Assembly (NCBI RefSeq): GCF_009914755.1
Contig: NC_060942.1
Length of the DNA stretch: 64,000 nt
Direction: 5' to 3' (one strand)
Origin: the human T2T-CHM13v2.0 reference genome, Homo sapiens
Both the position numbers and the translations under genes were made by a program. This document shows, one piece after another, positions 32,661 to 48,470 of this stretch (within the stretch, counting starts at the first letter, position 1; every line of letters starts with the position of its first letter). The notes under the pieces are model-generated. The model saw only the letters and a program-made list of their open reading frames with translations, had not been told where the DNA came from and ran no database searches.

Positions 32661-33149
32661 TTTATCATCTCTATGAAAGGTTATCTCTGCCAAGATGCTT
32701 GGGTGTGCAATGGTGAGGGACTCAAGACCACAGTCCCTAAGGGAGGTAAGGCATCAGGGTAGGTAGGATTTGGAAGTAACTTATTTCCCACAATGAATAG
32801 TTGTTTCAGGAGGAAGTGGCTCTGTTTATGTGACATCTGGCTCTCTCTCTACCTCTGCTCAGAGAAGATGGAGTGATTTAGCTGATAGGAACTTTAGAGA
32901 GAATAAACTGGTGTGGTTGGCTCAGCCTCTCTCTGGTTTCCTCCTTGACAGCTACCCTGCCATCAGAGGGCAGGAGTCAGGGGTGGGCTGGAGCGGGGCA
33001 GGTCCAGGGTGGGAGGCTGCCATAGTCCAGGCTGCTGTGAGGGGGGTTCAGTATTGGGAGGTTTATTTGCTCACAGATATAAGCTATCTTTTCAATGTCA
33101 GCATAAGAAAGTGGTATTATAGCCTCCACTTGTCATCTCTCTCACTTTG

Positions 33150-33465
33150 TTTCTTTCTTTCTTTTCTTTTTTTTTTTTTTTTTTTTGAGACGGAGTATCG
33201 CTCTGTCCCCCAGGCTGGAGTGCAGTGACACGATCTCAGCTCACTGCAACCTCTGCCTCCCAGGTTCAAGCAATTCTCTGCCTCAGCCTCCCTAGTAGCT
33301 GGGATTACAGGTGCCCGCCACCACATCTGGCTAATTTTCGTATTTTTATTAGAGATGGCGTTTCACCATCTTGGCCAGGCTGGTCTTGAACTCTTAACCT
33401 CATGATCCACCCACCTCGGCCTCCCAAAGTGCTGGAATTACAGGCATGAGCCACCACCCCCAGCC
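33150..33465 (-). mobile_element. Alu (AluS)
   Basis: First of three tandem antisense Alus. Confidence 0.95.
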
Positions 33466-34138
<673 letters not shown>

Positions 34139-35463
34139 TAACAGAAGTGGAAAACCAAGGGCAGAACTTGAGTAAATTGCCACATCTGTACTCTGATCAG
34201 GCAGCTTCAAATTCACATAAAGGAAAGAGGCTAAGGAAACTCCCTCTCCGTGTCTGTGGGTAAGTGTATTTACTGCTTGTGATGTATAAGACAACGCTGT
34301 AGGTATTTGGCGGCCCCAAAGACATATATGCTTCTTGGCATTCCCAGGACTTGGAATCCCATTGAAGCAAAGGCCATATCCATATTTACCTTCGTGTGTT
34401 TACCACTGGTTGTGCTGGCAAGGTTCTTGCTCTGCTGGCTTCATCTGCCTAGGGAGTTGGTTTCAAACCCTGGGATATTCATTTTCCTCCCCTGGACATG
34501 ACATCATCATGTTTGCAACACCTCAACAGGCATCTCATCCAACAAGAACTGTGTTTTCTTCATTGTAATGAAATACTTAGGAAGACATGAAACCAGCCCT
34601 GTGTTTCAGCAGAACACACAAATCTAGGGTGAAATGGTTCCTTTCTTTGTCCCACTGTTAAACTCCATGCTGTATTCAGTTCCATCTTTTTTAGCTGTGA
34701 TTAGGGATGAGACAAACTTAGGGCCCATGAGGAAAGGTTAAAGCAAAGGAGATTATTGTAGGGAGAAAGCTGAAGAGCAGGTTCACTGTCGTGGAATCCA
34801 GTAGCAAGGGGTAGATATTTGGCAGTTAGTGACCAGCTAGTGTTCATCTCCACTAAGGAAAGGAGAGGAAGTAGCCTTAGGCTGTGGCAGAGGGGTTGAG
34901 TCTTGGAAAGGGAGACACAGGGACTCAGTGGAACTGCCTTTTCTTGAGAACTTGACAATTAGGGTCACTTTTAGTCTGCCTGGGACAGTTGGCGTTACTC
35001 TTCAAATAAGTTTCAGAAAGAAATAACAAACCCATGGCACCAAAAACATTTGACCAAACCCATTCTCATCAAAAGAGGGCTTTTTGTTTCTGTTTTGCCC
35101 TGGGGAATCCGGTCATTACTGCCCTCTTTCCAGGAACCACTCAAATATGAGTAATACTGTGAATCCTGTTCATATGAACGTTACAGTTATTTCTATCTCC
35201 AGTCAAGAGCAGTGCCCATCTTAGAAGCTGGCTAAGGTTTCAGAGCAGCTTTGGAAGCAATATTTATTTGTAGCACATGTATGTATCTATAAAATCCTAC
35301 CTAAGTAAAACAAGTGTTTCTAGAATCATGTGCCATTTGGGGAATGGAAAACTCAAAATGTAAATTGTTATGCAGGTCCTGTGATGGATTCCCCAACAGA
35401 CATGTCAGTTCGTGGACAACATCCCCCATAAGTCACCGTGGGTCCTGGGGCATCCTCCTTTCC

Positions 35464-35477
35464 CCACCAGGGGGCAG
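35464..35477 (+). promoter_or_regulatory. CTCF core-like motif
   Basis: CCACCAGGGGGCAG in apparently unique sequence. Confidence 0.4.
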
Positions 35478-35756
35478 AAGCCCTGCTTCTCACACCAGCT
35501 CAGAGTTTCTAAAACTGTGACTCGTGCCACTACTGGTGTTTGAGGCAATTTTAGTGACATACATTTCATCTTTTTTTCCCTTCTTTTCTTATACGTTAAA
35601 CGAAAATAACCAAAGAGTAGATATTCCAAAGAGAAGTGAGAAGAGGCTGAGAATAACATGAGCAGAGAAATATGACATGCATTTGCTGTTTGTAAACAAG
35701 AGGGAGAAGACTATTGAAAAAGTATGGTGAGAGGACCAAGTTAAGACAGAAGGTAA

Positions 35757-36071
<315 letters not shown>

Positions 36072-36791
36072 CTATAAATAAGTTTAGACAGAAAATGTGG
36101 AATCTGTCAGAGGGGACCTTGGAAGCAGTAATAAATGTAATAAACAGCATGTTAGTAATAGAACATGGGCTTTGGAGAAAATGAGATAGAATGCTGAGGT
36201 TGAGTTGCTTAACTCTCTGGCCATGGATGCAATGATGACTGGTTTTTTTTTGTTGTTTTTTGTTTGTTTGTTTGTTTGTTTGTTTTTTAACTAATGGAAA
36301 ATGGGGTACTGGTGATCTACAGATTGTGATGGTGTCACAATTAATTAAATTATCACTGGTGGTAGTTATGTTTCTGGCAATAACTGATAGGTTACTCTGT
36401 ATCAAACTTGTTTCTGAAAACAACTAGAAAGCTGAGATAAATATAAAAACATTTTTTAGGACATTGGAGAGCTACCAAGGTACTGAGAATTTGCAATACC
36501 AAGATTAGAGTATTTTCTCCAACTGCAGTTAAAACTAAAAATAGGTAACAAAAAGTTAAGGAGAAAAATCTCCATATGTTGGGAAATTAATCAATATGCT
36601 TATAATACCCATAAGTCAAAGGAGAAATTACAATGGAAATTAGAAAATATTTTGAATTAAGCCACAATTAAATTTCTGCATTTCACAATTTGTGGGATTT
36701 ATTTAAAGCCAAGCTTAGAAGAAAACTTATAGCTTTAAAATGCACATATTCGAAAAGAAAAAAAGTGAAAACCAATGGTCTAAGAATCTAT

Positions 36792-36893
36792 GTTTATAGC
36801 ACATACATGTTTATAGCAACAGAGTTTGCAATTGCAAAAATATAGAACCAGCCCAAATGCCCATCAATCAACAAGTGGATAAAGAATATGTGG

Positions 36894-36926
<33 letters not shown>

Positions 36927-37300
36927 CATGGAATACTACTCAGCCATAAAAAGGAACAAAATAATGGCGTTTTCAGCAACCTGGTTGGAATTGGAGACTA
37001 TTATTCTAAGTGAAATAACTCAGGAATGGAAAACCAAACATCATATGTTCTCACTCATATGTGGGAACTAAGCTGTGAGGACGCAAAGACATAAGAGTAA
37101 TACATTGGATTTTGGGGCCTCAGGGGAAAGGGTGGGGGGTGGTGAGGGATGAAAGACTACACATGGGGCACAGCGTTCACTGCTTGAATGATGAGTGCAC
37201 CAAAATCTCAGAAATCACCACTAAAGAACTTATTCATGTAACCAAAGACCACCTGTTCCCCAAAAACCTATTGAAATAAAAAATTAAAAATTTAAAAAAG
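36792..37300 (+). mobile_element. 5'-truncated L1PB-like 3' end
   Basis: ccatggaatactactcagccataaaaagg, aaatcaccactaaagaactta, A-rich tail; TSD aagaatctat. Confidence 0.85.
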
Positions 37301-37561
37301 AATCTATCGAAATAATTTAGAAAATAATAAAAAAATCCAATCTAATTCTAAAAAGAAAAAAAAAAGCAGAAATTAGTAAAAAAGAAAATAAATCTACAAT
37401 CAACCAACAATACCAAAAGTTGGCACCTTGAAGATCAATAAAAGACAAGACCAATTAACATAGAGAAGACACAAACAATACACGAAATTCAAAAGAAGGA
37501 CATCACAATCAAACCTACATTTAAAAAAAAAAAGATATCATGGGAAACTTTATGCCCATAA

Positions 37562-37913
<352 letters not shown>

Positions 37914-37981
37914 TAAAGAATAAATAAAGAGGGAATACTTCTCAACATGTTTTATGAAGCCAGGAAAATCTTGATATCAAG

Positions 37982-38315
37982 GTGTTCAGTTTTATTGATC
38001 TTTTCAAAGAACCAACTTTTGGTCTTATTGATTTTCTCAATTATATTCTGTTTCCAATTTCATTGATTTTTGTTCTTTATAATTGTTTTATCATTTTGCG
38101 TGCTTTAGGATTTATTTACTCTTCTTTTCTAGTTTCTAAGATGGAAGCCTACATTAGCAACTTGAGACCTTTCTTTTCTAATGTAAGTATTTCACGGCAT
38201 AAATTTCCCTCCAAGCACTGCTTTGGCTTCACTCCATAAATTTCGATAAATTGTGTTTTCATTTTCATTCAGTTAAAAATATTTTAAAAATTTTTTCTTG
38301 AGATTTCCTTGTAGA
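37982..38315 (-). mobile_element. Inverted L1 ORF2 fragment
   Basis: ttgatcttttcaaagaaccaactttt, ataaatttccct..agcactgcttt antisense L1. Confidence 0.8.
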
Positions 38316-38885
38316 CACTGGACTGCATTAAAATTAGAAACATTTTTGCATCAAAGGATACCATTAAAGGAGTAAAATGACAGACCACAAAGTAGGAGAA
38401 GGTATTTATAGCACAAATACATGACAAAGGGCTTAGACCCAGAATACATAAAGAACTCCTACAAATCAATAAGGAAAAGACCACCCATTAGGAAAATAGG
38501 CAAAAGACAAAAAAAAAAAAAAAAAAAAAAAAAAACAGATACTTCACAATAGAGGGCATCCAAATGGTCAATAAATATATGAAAAGCTATTCAACTTCAG
38601 TAGTCATCAAAGATGTGCAAGTTTAAACCACAATGAGACACTTCTATATAATCGCAGTGGTTAAGTGTTGGAGATGATGCAGATCAACTGGAACTCATAT
38701 GCTGTTGGTAGGAATGTAACTTCGCACCACTTTGGAAAACTGTTTTTGCAAGGATCTACCAGCGGAACATATGCATACCCTAACTCAGCAGTTCCATTCT
38801 TAGGTGTACATCCAAAGGAAATGCAGAATGTGTACATCCTAGGACATATAGATGAATGTCAAGAGCAAGTTTATTCATAAGGCTC

Positions 38886-39676
38886 TGTAGCGGGCTGAAG
38901 AATGGCCTCCCAAAGATAACCACAGCCTAATCCTTGGAAATTGTAAACATGTTACCTTACATGGCAAAAGGGACTTCGCAGATGTGATAAAGTTAAGGTG
39001 GGAAGATTATTCTGGATAATTCAGGTGGGCCCAATGTAATCACAAGGATGCTGTTAAGAGGGACACAAGATGGTCAATGTTAGAAGAAATAAGGATGGAA
39101 GCAGAGTTGAGAGAGGAGAAAAAAATGTTGTTGTAGAAAAAGCCAAGTCCTGGTCACAGGACCAGGAGAGATTAGGCTCGCGGACATATAAAAGGGTAAG
39201 GAGTGGAATTTATTGGGTGAAAAGGAAAAAAACTCAGCAAAGTGAGAAGGGTTCCTGTTAACAGACCCCCATCTCACAGAATGAATCCCAGGTTACCACA
39301 CAGGAACAGGAGAGGCTAGGCTCCTCCCCGCTGCAAATGGCACAAACTTCCCAAGGCTGCACCTCATCCTCCCAGTGCGCAGGCCAGTGGGAGGTTCTCT
39401 GGGTACCTTCCCCCTTATTTTCCTCCTGCATCTATCAATACTATGTTCTTGGCTTTGAAGATGGAAAAAGGGACCATGAACCAAGGAATATATGTGGCCT
39501 CTAGAAGCTTCAAAAGGCAAGGAATTGGATTCCCTTCTAAAGCCTCCAAAAGTAAAATAGTCCTGCAGACCCATTTTGGACTTCTGACCTCTAGAACTAT
39601 AAGATAACAAATGTGTGTTATTTTAAGCCACTAAATGTATGCTCCTTTGTTACAACAACACTAGGAAACCAATAGA
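38886..39676 (+). mobile_element. MLT1D-like LTR, split by an ERV1 LTR
   Basis: gttaccttacatggcaaaagggactt..ggctttgaagatgga..ctaggaaaccaata; 5-bp TSD (g/t)gctc. Confidence 0.85.
39129..39437 (-). mobile_element. ERV1 solo LTR (MER61-like)
   Basis: Minus strand TG...CA termini, AATAAA, gcagcggggaggagcct motif. Confidence 0.7.
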
Positions 39677-39679
39677 TGC

Positions 39680-39895
39680 TCCAAACTGGAAATAGCCCAA
39701 ATATCATGTGAGTAGAAGGAATAAATAAATAGTGGTCTATTTCTATAATGGAAAACCATACAGCAATTGAAATGAACAACTATAGCTTCATGCAACAATA
39801 TGATGAATTCTCATAAAATGAGCTTGAGCAAAAAAGCCACATGCAAAAGAGTACACACCGTATGATCCCATTTATATGAAATGTAAAGCAAGTGA
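39680..39895 (+). mobile_element. L1M 3' fragment (continuation)
   Basis: ccaaactggaaatagcccaaa..catgcaacaa..gtatgatcccatttatatgaa. Confidence 0.7.
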
Positions 39896-40585
39896 CCTGC
39901 CCCCATGGCCTATTTGGGCATCTGGCAGGCAGGAGATTCAGTTGTGGAGGTGAATTCAGTCCTCTGGAGGCCCCAGTGGTGACGGCTCCTTGACCTTTAG
40001 GAACCTGGCAGTGCTAAGCCATCTGAATAAGATCATCTGAACAAGCACTGTTTGGAAATTCTTGTTTATATTAGGTTCTTGGCTTCTTTGAACACGTCTG
40101 TATTCAGAGGCAGTCCTCCATAAAACTCCGTAAAACTCAGCAATAGGATAATAGAAGGAAAGGTATTCCCTTTGATTACCTTTCAGAGCTGAATAATGGC
40201 CCGGGAAAGCTCACTGTTCAGCTTTCTTTCTAAACTGCCCAGCAGGAACCAGGCCCAAGGGTGGGGTTAGCACTTCCTCACATAATACAGGCCCTTTCAA
40301 GAAAGAATTTAAGGGAGTTTGGGCTGTTTTACAAGACTTAAGTCCTGAGAACAATTTCATAGAAGGTTGTAACTGACGGCTGTGCAAATGAAAGGTTTTG
40401 GAACGGGTCCTCCCTTAGGGAAAGCAGGGACACTGCTCCCGACTAGGGATCAGGCACCAGGTACAGGCAAAACCACTGCTTGCCTGGATGGGTACATTCC
40501 ACTGAGTCCCCACATCTGAAAGAAACAAGGTGATTAAGAATCTCTGTGTTCAGTCCCAAACTATTTTACAGAAAAGTAAGTTTGG

Positions 40586-40879
40586 GGCTGGCATGGTGGC
40601 TCACACCTGTAATCCCGCCATTTTGGGAGGCTGAGGCAGGTAAATCTCCTAGCTCAGGAGTTCGAGACCAGCCTGGGCAACATGGAGAAACCCAGTCTGT
40701 ACCAAAAATATAACAAATTAGCTGGCCATGATGGTGGGTACCTGTAGTCCCAACTACTCAGGAGGCTGAGATGGAAGGATTGCTTGGGCCTCGGACGCAA
40801 AGGTTGAAGTGAGCCGAGATTGCACCACGGCACTGCAACCTGGGTGAAAAAGTGAGACCCCATCTCAAAAAAAACAAAA
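40586..40879 (+). mobile_element. Alu (AluJ-like)
   Basis: Full length. Confidence 0.95.
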
Positions 40880-41014
40880 TTGGAGAATGAAAGTCACTGG
40901 GTGATGTAGACTTTCTCACATCTTCCACATGTAAGAAGTGGCCAAGTCTAGTAAAATGCATGCTCACCTGATACAGGGTGTGGGTTCCCAACAATCAGCC
41001 TCACCCATTTAACG

Positions 41015-41995
41015 CAGATGCTCCCTGACTTAGCCATAGGGCTATATCCAGATAAACTCAGCCTTAGTCAAAAATATCGTAAGTTGAAAATGCATTTACT
41101 ATCCCAACAAACCCATTGTAAAGTCAAAAAATCCTAACTCAAGCCATGGTAATGATAGAGACAGGAGGCAGAGAAATTCTAGGCAGAAAAGGGTGGGGTC
41201 CCTGGTGAGAGCCCCACCTTCAAACCTGGAACCATGGCCCAAAGTGAGAACTTTACATCCCCAATTTCCTGCTCCAATGTTGCCTCTTCCAAAACCACCC
41301 CTGGCCCGCCCCCCATCCTGTACCCATAAAAACCCCAGGCTCCACTGGCAGAGGGCAGAGAAGCAGGGAAGGAGAGAAGAGAAGAAGCTGATGAATGTTG
41401 GAGAGAAGCAGTTTGACTTCAGAGGGATGGCTTGACGGTGGAATTTCAAAGAGTCTAGCCACAAACACAAATGGCCAGACTTCAGGGGAAGATTACCTTC
41501 CCACTCCATCCTCTTTCCAGCTCCCCTTCCTGCTAAGAACCACTTCCACTGGCAATAAAATCCCCCATGTTTACTATCCTTCAATTCATTCGTATGACCT
41601 GATTTTTCCTGGACACCAGACAACAGCTTGGGGTACAGAAAGCTGTCACAGTGACCCTCTGCCCTCGTGAAAAGGCAGAGGGTCCACTGAGCTGTTAAAC
41701 ACTTAAGCCGTCTGTGGACAGCCAAGCTCAAAGCGCTGCCTGTAATACATGCCCTCTGGGGCTTCAAGGGTCATGGGTACCACCCCCTGCAAGATGCTGC
41801 CGTGGGGCCTGCATGGAGTTTTGCACCTGCCAGCGCCTGAAAGCATTAACTCCAGCTCCTGCACCCACTCACCTGTGTGCTCCTCTTCCCACGAGGGGTT
41901 GAAAGCTGCAGGCTGAGTAAATGAGGCATCCTTGTCACAAGGCCCATGAAAGGGTCAGGGAAAATTTCCATTTTCAGTTAAGTTGGGACCATCTG
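41015..41995 (+). mobile_element. MER47-like Tigger MITE, split by LTR
   Basis: TIRs cagatgctccctgactta / taagttgggaccatctg; aaatatcgtaagttgaaaatgcatt. Confidence 0.75.
41153..41976 (+). mobile_element. ERV1 solo LTR (LTR27/LTR28/LTR1 group)
   Basis: TG...CA ends, cataaaa TATA-like box, AATAAA, 4-bp TSD gtaa/gtta. Confidence 0.8.
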
Positions 41996-42135
41996 GACTG
42001 CTTTTTGGCAGCTGGGCTGCCAACATACTCTTCTCAGACAGTTCTCTCTGCTGCCTCTCTTCTCTCTTTCCCAGGCCTGATTTATTCTGGATGGTTCAAG
42101 TTCCATCTGAGTACAATGTTCTCTAGAGTGGTCTA

Positions 42136-42402
42136 TGGGGAGGCGGAGGCAAAGAGGATCACTTGAGGCCAGGAGTTCAAGACCAGCCTGCGCAACAGTA
42201 GTGCCACTCCTTCTCTACAAAAAATAAACATAAATTAGCAGGATGTGGTAGTGAGCATCTGCAGTCCCAGCTACTCGGGAGGCTGAAGCAGGAGCATTAC
42301 TTGAACCCACACTTCAAGGCTGCAGTGAGCTATGATTGCACCACTGTACTCCAACCTGGGTGACAAGATACAGAGACCCTGTCTCTAAAAAAAAAAAAAA
42401 AT
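42136..42402 (+). mobile_element. 5'-truncated AluJ
   Basis: Starts at gggaggc; poly(A) then TA/GA repeat. Confidence 0.9.
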
Positions 42403-42404
42403 AC

Positions 42405-42455
<51 letters not shown>
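42405..42455. repeat. (TA)n(GA)n microsatellite
   Basis: Read directly. Confidence 0.95.
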
Positions 42456-42749
<294 letters not shown>

Positions 42750-43631
42750 AGTGTCTAGATATTTCTCCTGGAGATTAATTCACTTTCTTCCCTATTTATA
42801 TAGTCATCTCATAGAATGTCATGTTGTTCCATGTTGTTGCAGAAAGACTACAGATTTACCTGCTTTTCCAGATTTGTTGGTAGTGTTTTCTACAATGCTG
42901 ATCCTAACCCAAATTGTGATGGGAGACAGAGTTTTCTCTGGAGTCCCCTCTCTACTCTTTATTGTAGTCTCCATCCCATATTTTGGATCTTAAGCTGTTT
43001 CCCAAACAAAATCCTTTTCAAGACAAAATTTGAAACCAACTCATCCCAAGCGTAAGTGGTTGTCAACAACTATCAGCTCAACTTGTTAACTCTACCATTT
43101 TGAAAGAGGCAGAGTCTGAAAGCAAAGGCCTCATGCACTTAAATTAGAGAATAGGGATATTATTCACTTTTAAGGAATAGTAAACAAGGAAGAGAGAGAG
43201 TTTGTTGCTCAAAGAAGCTTTCCTGGTGCCCCAGAAATCACATTAAATAACCAAATGGCAGTTTGTAATGTTCCCTGCATTCCCTATTTTAATATCTCAG
43301 AATTGGCAAATGGGGATTTAAAACAATAATGACCGTTGATTCATTAGCTGATTCAATTCGTTTCCAGACATTATAAGACCTCCCTCAACCCTCAATAAAA
43401 CAACAAGCAATTTAAACCCCATATTACCCAAACATCATATCTTTCCTTATGAGAAAAAAATACGCTTATAAATGGAAAGGATAGTTTTTTTTTCTTACTC
43501 AATCCTTTAAAGTGTCTACCATAGCAAGATGAACAGTGTAAGCATTCAATGACTTTATTGGGTAAATATCAGAGTTTTACCTATTAATGCATTCCCAGAG
43601 ATAGCCTTGATGTCAGTCTTAACAGTGTATT

Positions 43632-43936
43632 ATTTGTTTAGTTATTTATTTTTTAGATGGAGTCTTGCGCTCTTGCCCAGGCTGGAGTGCAATGGCACAA
43701 TCTCAGCCCACTGCAACCTACACCTCCTTGGGTTCATGCAGTTCTCCTGCCTTGGCCTCCCAAGTAGCTGGGATTACAGACTTGCACCACCACAGCCGGC
43801 TAATTTTTGTGTTTTCAGTAGAGACGGGGTTTTGTCACGTTGGCCAAGCTGGTCTCAAACTCCTGACCTCAAGTGATCCATCTGCCTTGGCCTCCCAAAG
43901 TGCTGAGATTACAGGCATGAGCCACCATGCCCAGCC
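43632..43936 (-). mobile_element. Alu (AluS)
   Basis: TSD aacagtgtat. Confidence 0.95.
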
Positions 43937-44649
43937 AACAGTGTATAATTAGTAATGTATATCAGCTGAAATTTCATACAGTCTTATCTATATATTTGCC
44001 TTAAGATAAAGTTTACAAAGAAAATATTCACCATTTTCAACTAAAATTTTGAATATTTTCTTAGGAAACAAAAAAATGCCTATTTATCTAGACCTAAAAT
44101 TCAATATATTTGATACCAACATATATATGTATATTTATTTATTTGTATTTATGACCAGCCTTCCAAAATCATGTTCAACTTTATTCTTAAATTGACTTCT
44201 GTCAGCAATTTTTTCCAATTTCTTATTTTTAGCAATATTATTTCTTTTTCTTGTTTTGCAAATATTAGTGATGATAATACTAATAAGTATTTGCACCCTT
44301 GAAACCTCGTGCTTTTCTTAGTTTTTAAAAGTCTTCACGTATAGTATTATTGATTTCACCCTCACATATATCCATGAAATAGCAAGAGGGAAAAAGAGCT
44401 GAATGTTTATCACAAAACAGACAGCAAAATGCACCAGCTGCTCTTCCGGGAGACCTAGTCAGGAAGCGAGGGGTGGAAAACAGGTGAGAAATATTCTGAC
44501 AGGGAGGAGCAATGAGGGGTGCCACTAGGTTGCTCTTGTCCCCTACCAGAGAGATTTTTAAAATCCATATTGTTCTTCATCAGTCAAATACCCATTTGCT
44601 TTTTGAGCCAAAATGTGATTTTAAAGAAAGTACTTAAGAGATGGAACAG

Positions 44650-44924
44650 GGCCAGGCAGATCCCAGCACTTTGGGAGGCTGAGACGGGCAGATCACTTGA
44701 GGCCAAGAGTTTGTTTGAGACCAGCTTGGCCAACATGGCGAAAACCCATCTCTACAAATGTACAAAAATTAGCTGGGTGTGGTAGTGCACGCCTGTAATC
44801 ACAGCTACTCGGGAGGCTGAGGCACGAGATTCGCTTGAACCCGGAAGAGAGAGGAGGCAGTAAGTGAGATCTTGCCACTACACTCCAGCCTGGCAAGAAA
44901 GCAAGATCATGTCTCAAAAGAAAA

Positions 44925-44959
<35 letters not shown>
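44650..44959 (+). mobile_element. Alu (AluS) with (GA)n tail
   Basis: A-box region deleted; TSD agagatggaaca. Confidence 0.95.
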
Positions 44960-44963
<4 letters not shown>

Positions 44964-45500
44964 ACAATCACAGCCCAAAGATGAACATTCTGTCAAATAC
45001 CGAGCCTCCCTGGTTTCTTGCTGAAGCTTGGGAAATCCCCTGGCTTTGCATTTCTGTGGACTCTCAACATCCATTCCCTCCCTTCCTTCCAACGCCTCCT
45101 TTTTCAGCGTTTTAGAATTGGGCCAATTACAATGGAGATATGGATATATCTCCAGAAAAGTCAATCTGCAAGGAAAAATTAACCATACAGTATTTTGAAA
45201 GCTGCCTAGCAGCAGAAAACACATCGCCACGGGCTTGCATAAACTGTGCCTAAATTTTGGAAATCATAAGTGGATGTGAATGTAACACTCCTGAGTTACA
45301 CATTGGGTGTGGCCCTCAGAAAATCCTATCAGAGTACACTGGCATTTAATAGACCATTTCCTCTGTTGTTATGGGGCATCCTGACAATGTATTGTACAAA
45401 TTTGCCACATAAACTGGTAATAGCCCTTAGGAAAGCAGTTTAGCTGTGGTGTCGAGAATGATTTAAATGTTTATCCCCTTTCACATAATAATCTCACTCA

Positions 45501-45823
<323 letters not shown>

Positions 45824-46119
45824 TCACTCCTGGAAATTGATCCTAATAAATCTTTTTTGTCAAGCTATGTATTTAAAGATGTTTATTACAGTGGAATCTG
45901 TAAGGAGGGATGGGTGTGAAAAAGGGATACATAACTTATTCAATATTACTTGAATAGCTATGTGAATTATAGCATATATATCCTGTAAAATGTTATGCTG
46001 CAATTGAAAAGTTTAATTATGTAACAATGTAGAAGAATGTCAATAATATCATATTAAGTAGAAACAGCAGAATATAAAATTGTACATGCCCTCTGATTAA
46101 GAAACTGTAAAAAATACTA

Positions 46120-46520
<401 letters not shown>

Positions 46521-46764
46521 GGTACTTTTATGTTATTTTAATAGAGGTTTTGTAATTGGTAGAAACAAAAACAAGTGCAGCAGTGGAATTAATATGAGGA
46601 GTGAAAATAAGAAGACAACCGAGTGGCAGTTACAGAAATTTTTGGTTTAGTCGATTTTGTGACACAACTGACTATAATGCCATTTAAATGCCATTTGTCA
46701 TAGAGGATTCTCCAAAGCTAGAGCAGGTGAAGGACACAGTGTTTTTGTTTGGTTGGTTTTGGGG

Positions 46765-47048
46765 GTTTTTTTCTGTTTGTTTTTTGAGACAGGATCCTGC
46801 TCTGTTGTCCAGGCTGGAGCGTAGTAGAGCAATCACCACTCACTGCAGCCTCAGCCTCCTGGGACCAAGCAATCTGCCTACCTCAGCCTCCTGAGTAGTT
46901 CTGCAGCTTCAGCCTCCTGGGACCAAGCAGTCTGCCTACCTCAGCCTCCTGAGTAGTTGGGACCACAGGCGTGTGCCACCACACCAGCTAATTTTTTATA
47001 TTTTACTATTTTTTTTAGAGATGGGGGTCTCACTATGTTGCCCAGGCT
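46765..47048 (-). mobile_element. 5'-truncated AluJ with 58-bp tandem duplication
   Basis: Units 46843-46900 and 46901-46958. Confidence 0.9.
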
Positions 47049-47122
47049 AAGGAAATAGTTAGTTGTTTAGTGGACGGGGACGAGGGGAGAACTTACCAGC
47101 ATTCAAAGCGCTTTCTTTTTTT

Positions 47123-47820
<698 letters not shown>

Positions 47821-47929
47821 TATTGTACCTTTTAGAATCCTTTCACTACCAGCAAATTCTAGAAGTATGTCTGGAGGAACTACCACATGATAAATACCAT
47901 GTCAAATCCAGGGCACACAATTTTGCCAA

Positions 47930-48470
47930 GAAGCAGACCCACTGTGTACCCCAGTAATGCAGAGGATGCACTACTATGATGCAATTTACATGAAAGGGGA
48001 CCACCATGCCCAGTGGAGAACAGGGCAAGGCGAGAGTGTGAATGAGGGCATCTGGGGAACCGAAACCTTGAAGCTGGGACAGGACTTCAAGAAAGATGCA
48101 AGGAGTGTCCCAGAGAAAACGCAGGCAAGATCCAGGCTCTAGGGGGGAATTCAAGGCACATCCCAGCCGTGGCTGGTTCACAGGGAAGAGACACTCATCT
48201 CGCTGCTTTGTTTGACACACACAGTGAGTATTCAATAACTGATACCAAGTGAATGAATGAATGAATGAGGAAATGCACTCAGGATGACTGGCAAAGAGAG
48301 GAAACAGAGAATAGGGGGAGGAGTTGCAAGGACCTGAACCAGGGCAGTGGGAGTAGAAATAAAAGAGCAGAAAAGAGGGTCAAAATTGTGCAGTAGGAGA
48401 ATCGACAGGAGCAGAGGGGTGTGAGGATGGTTTTAAGGTTGAAAACCTGGGAAACAGAAAATAGAATGGT
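47930..48470. mobile_element. L2 fragments
   Basis: (TGAA)n L2 tail near 48250; gacctgaaccagggcagtgg and agtaggagaatcgacagga antisense L2 motifs. Confidence 0.55.

Noticed and set aside
41653-41684. Hairpin gaccctctgcc...ggcagagggtc resembling a terminator
   Set aside because: Appears to be an intrinsic part of this LTR family's sequence rather than locus-specific.
41099-41767. Longest ORF (222 aa, minus strand)
   Set aside because: Lies antisense within a solo LTR and runs into a MITE; no recognisable domain; chance frame.
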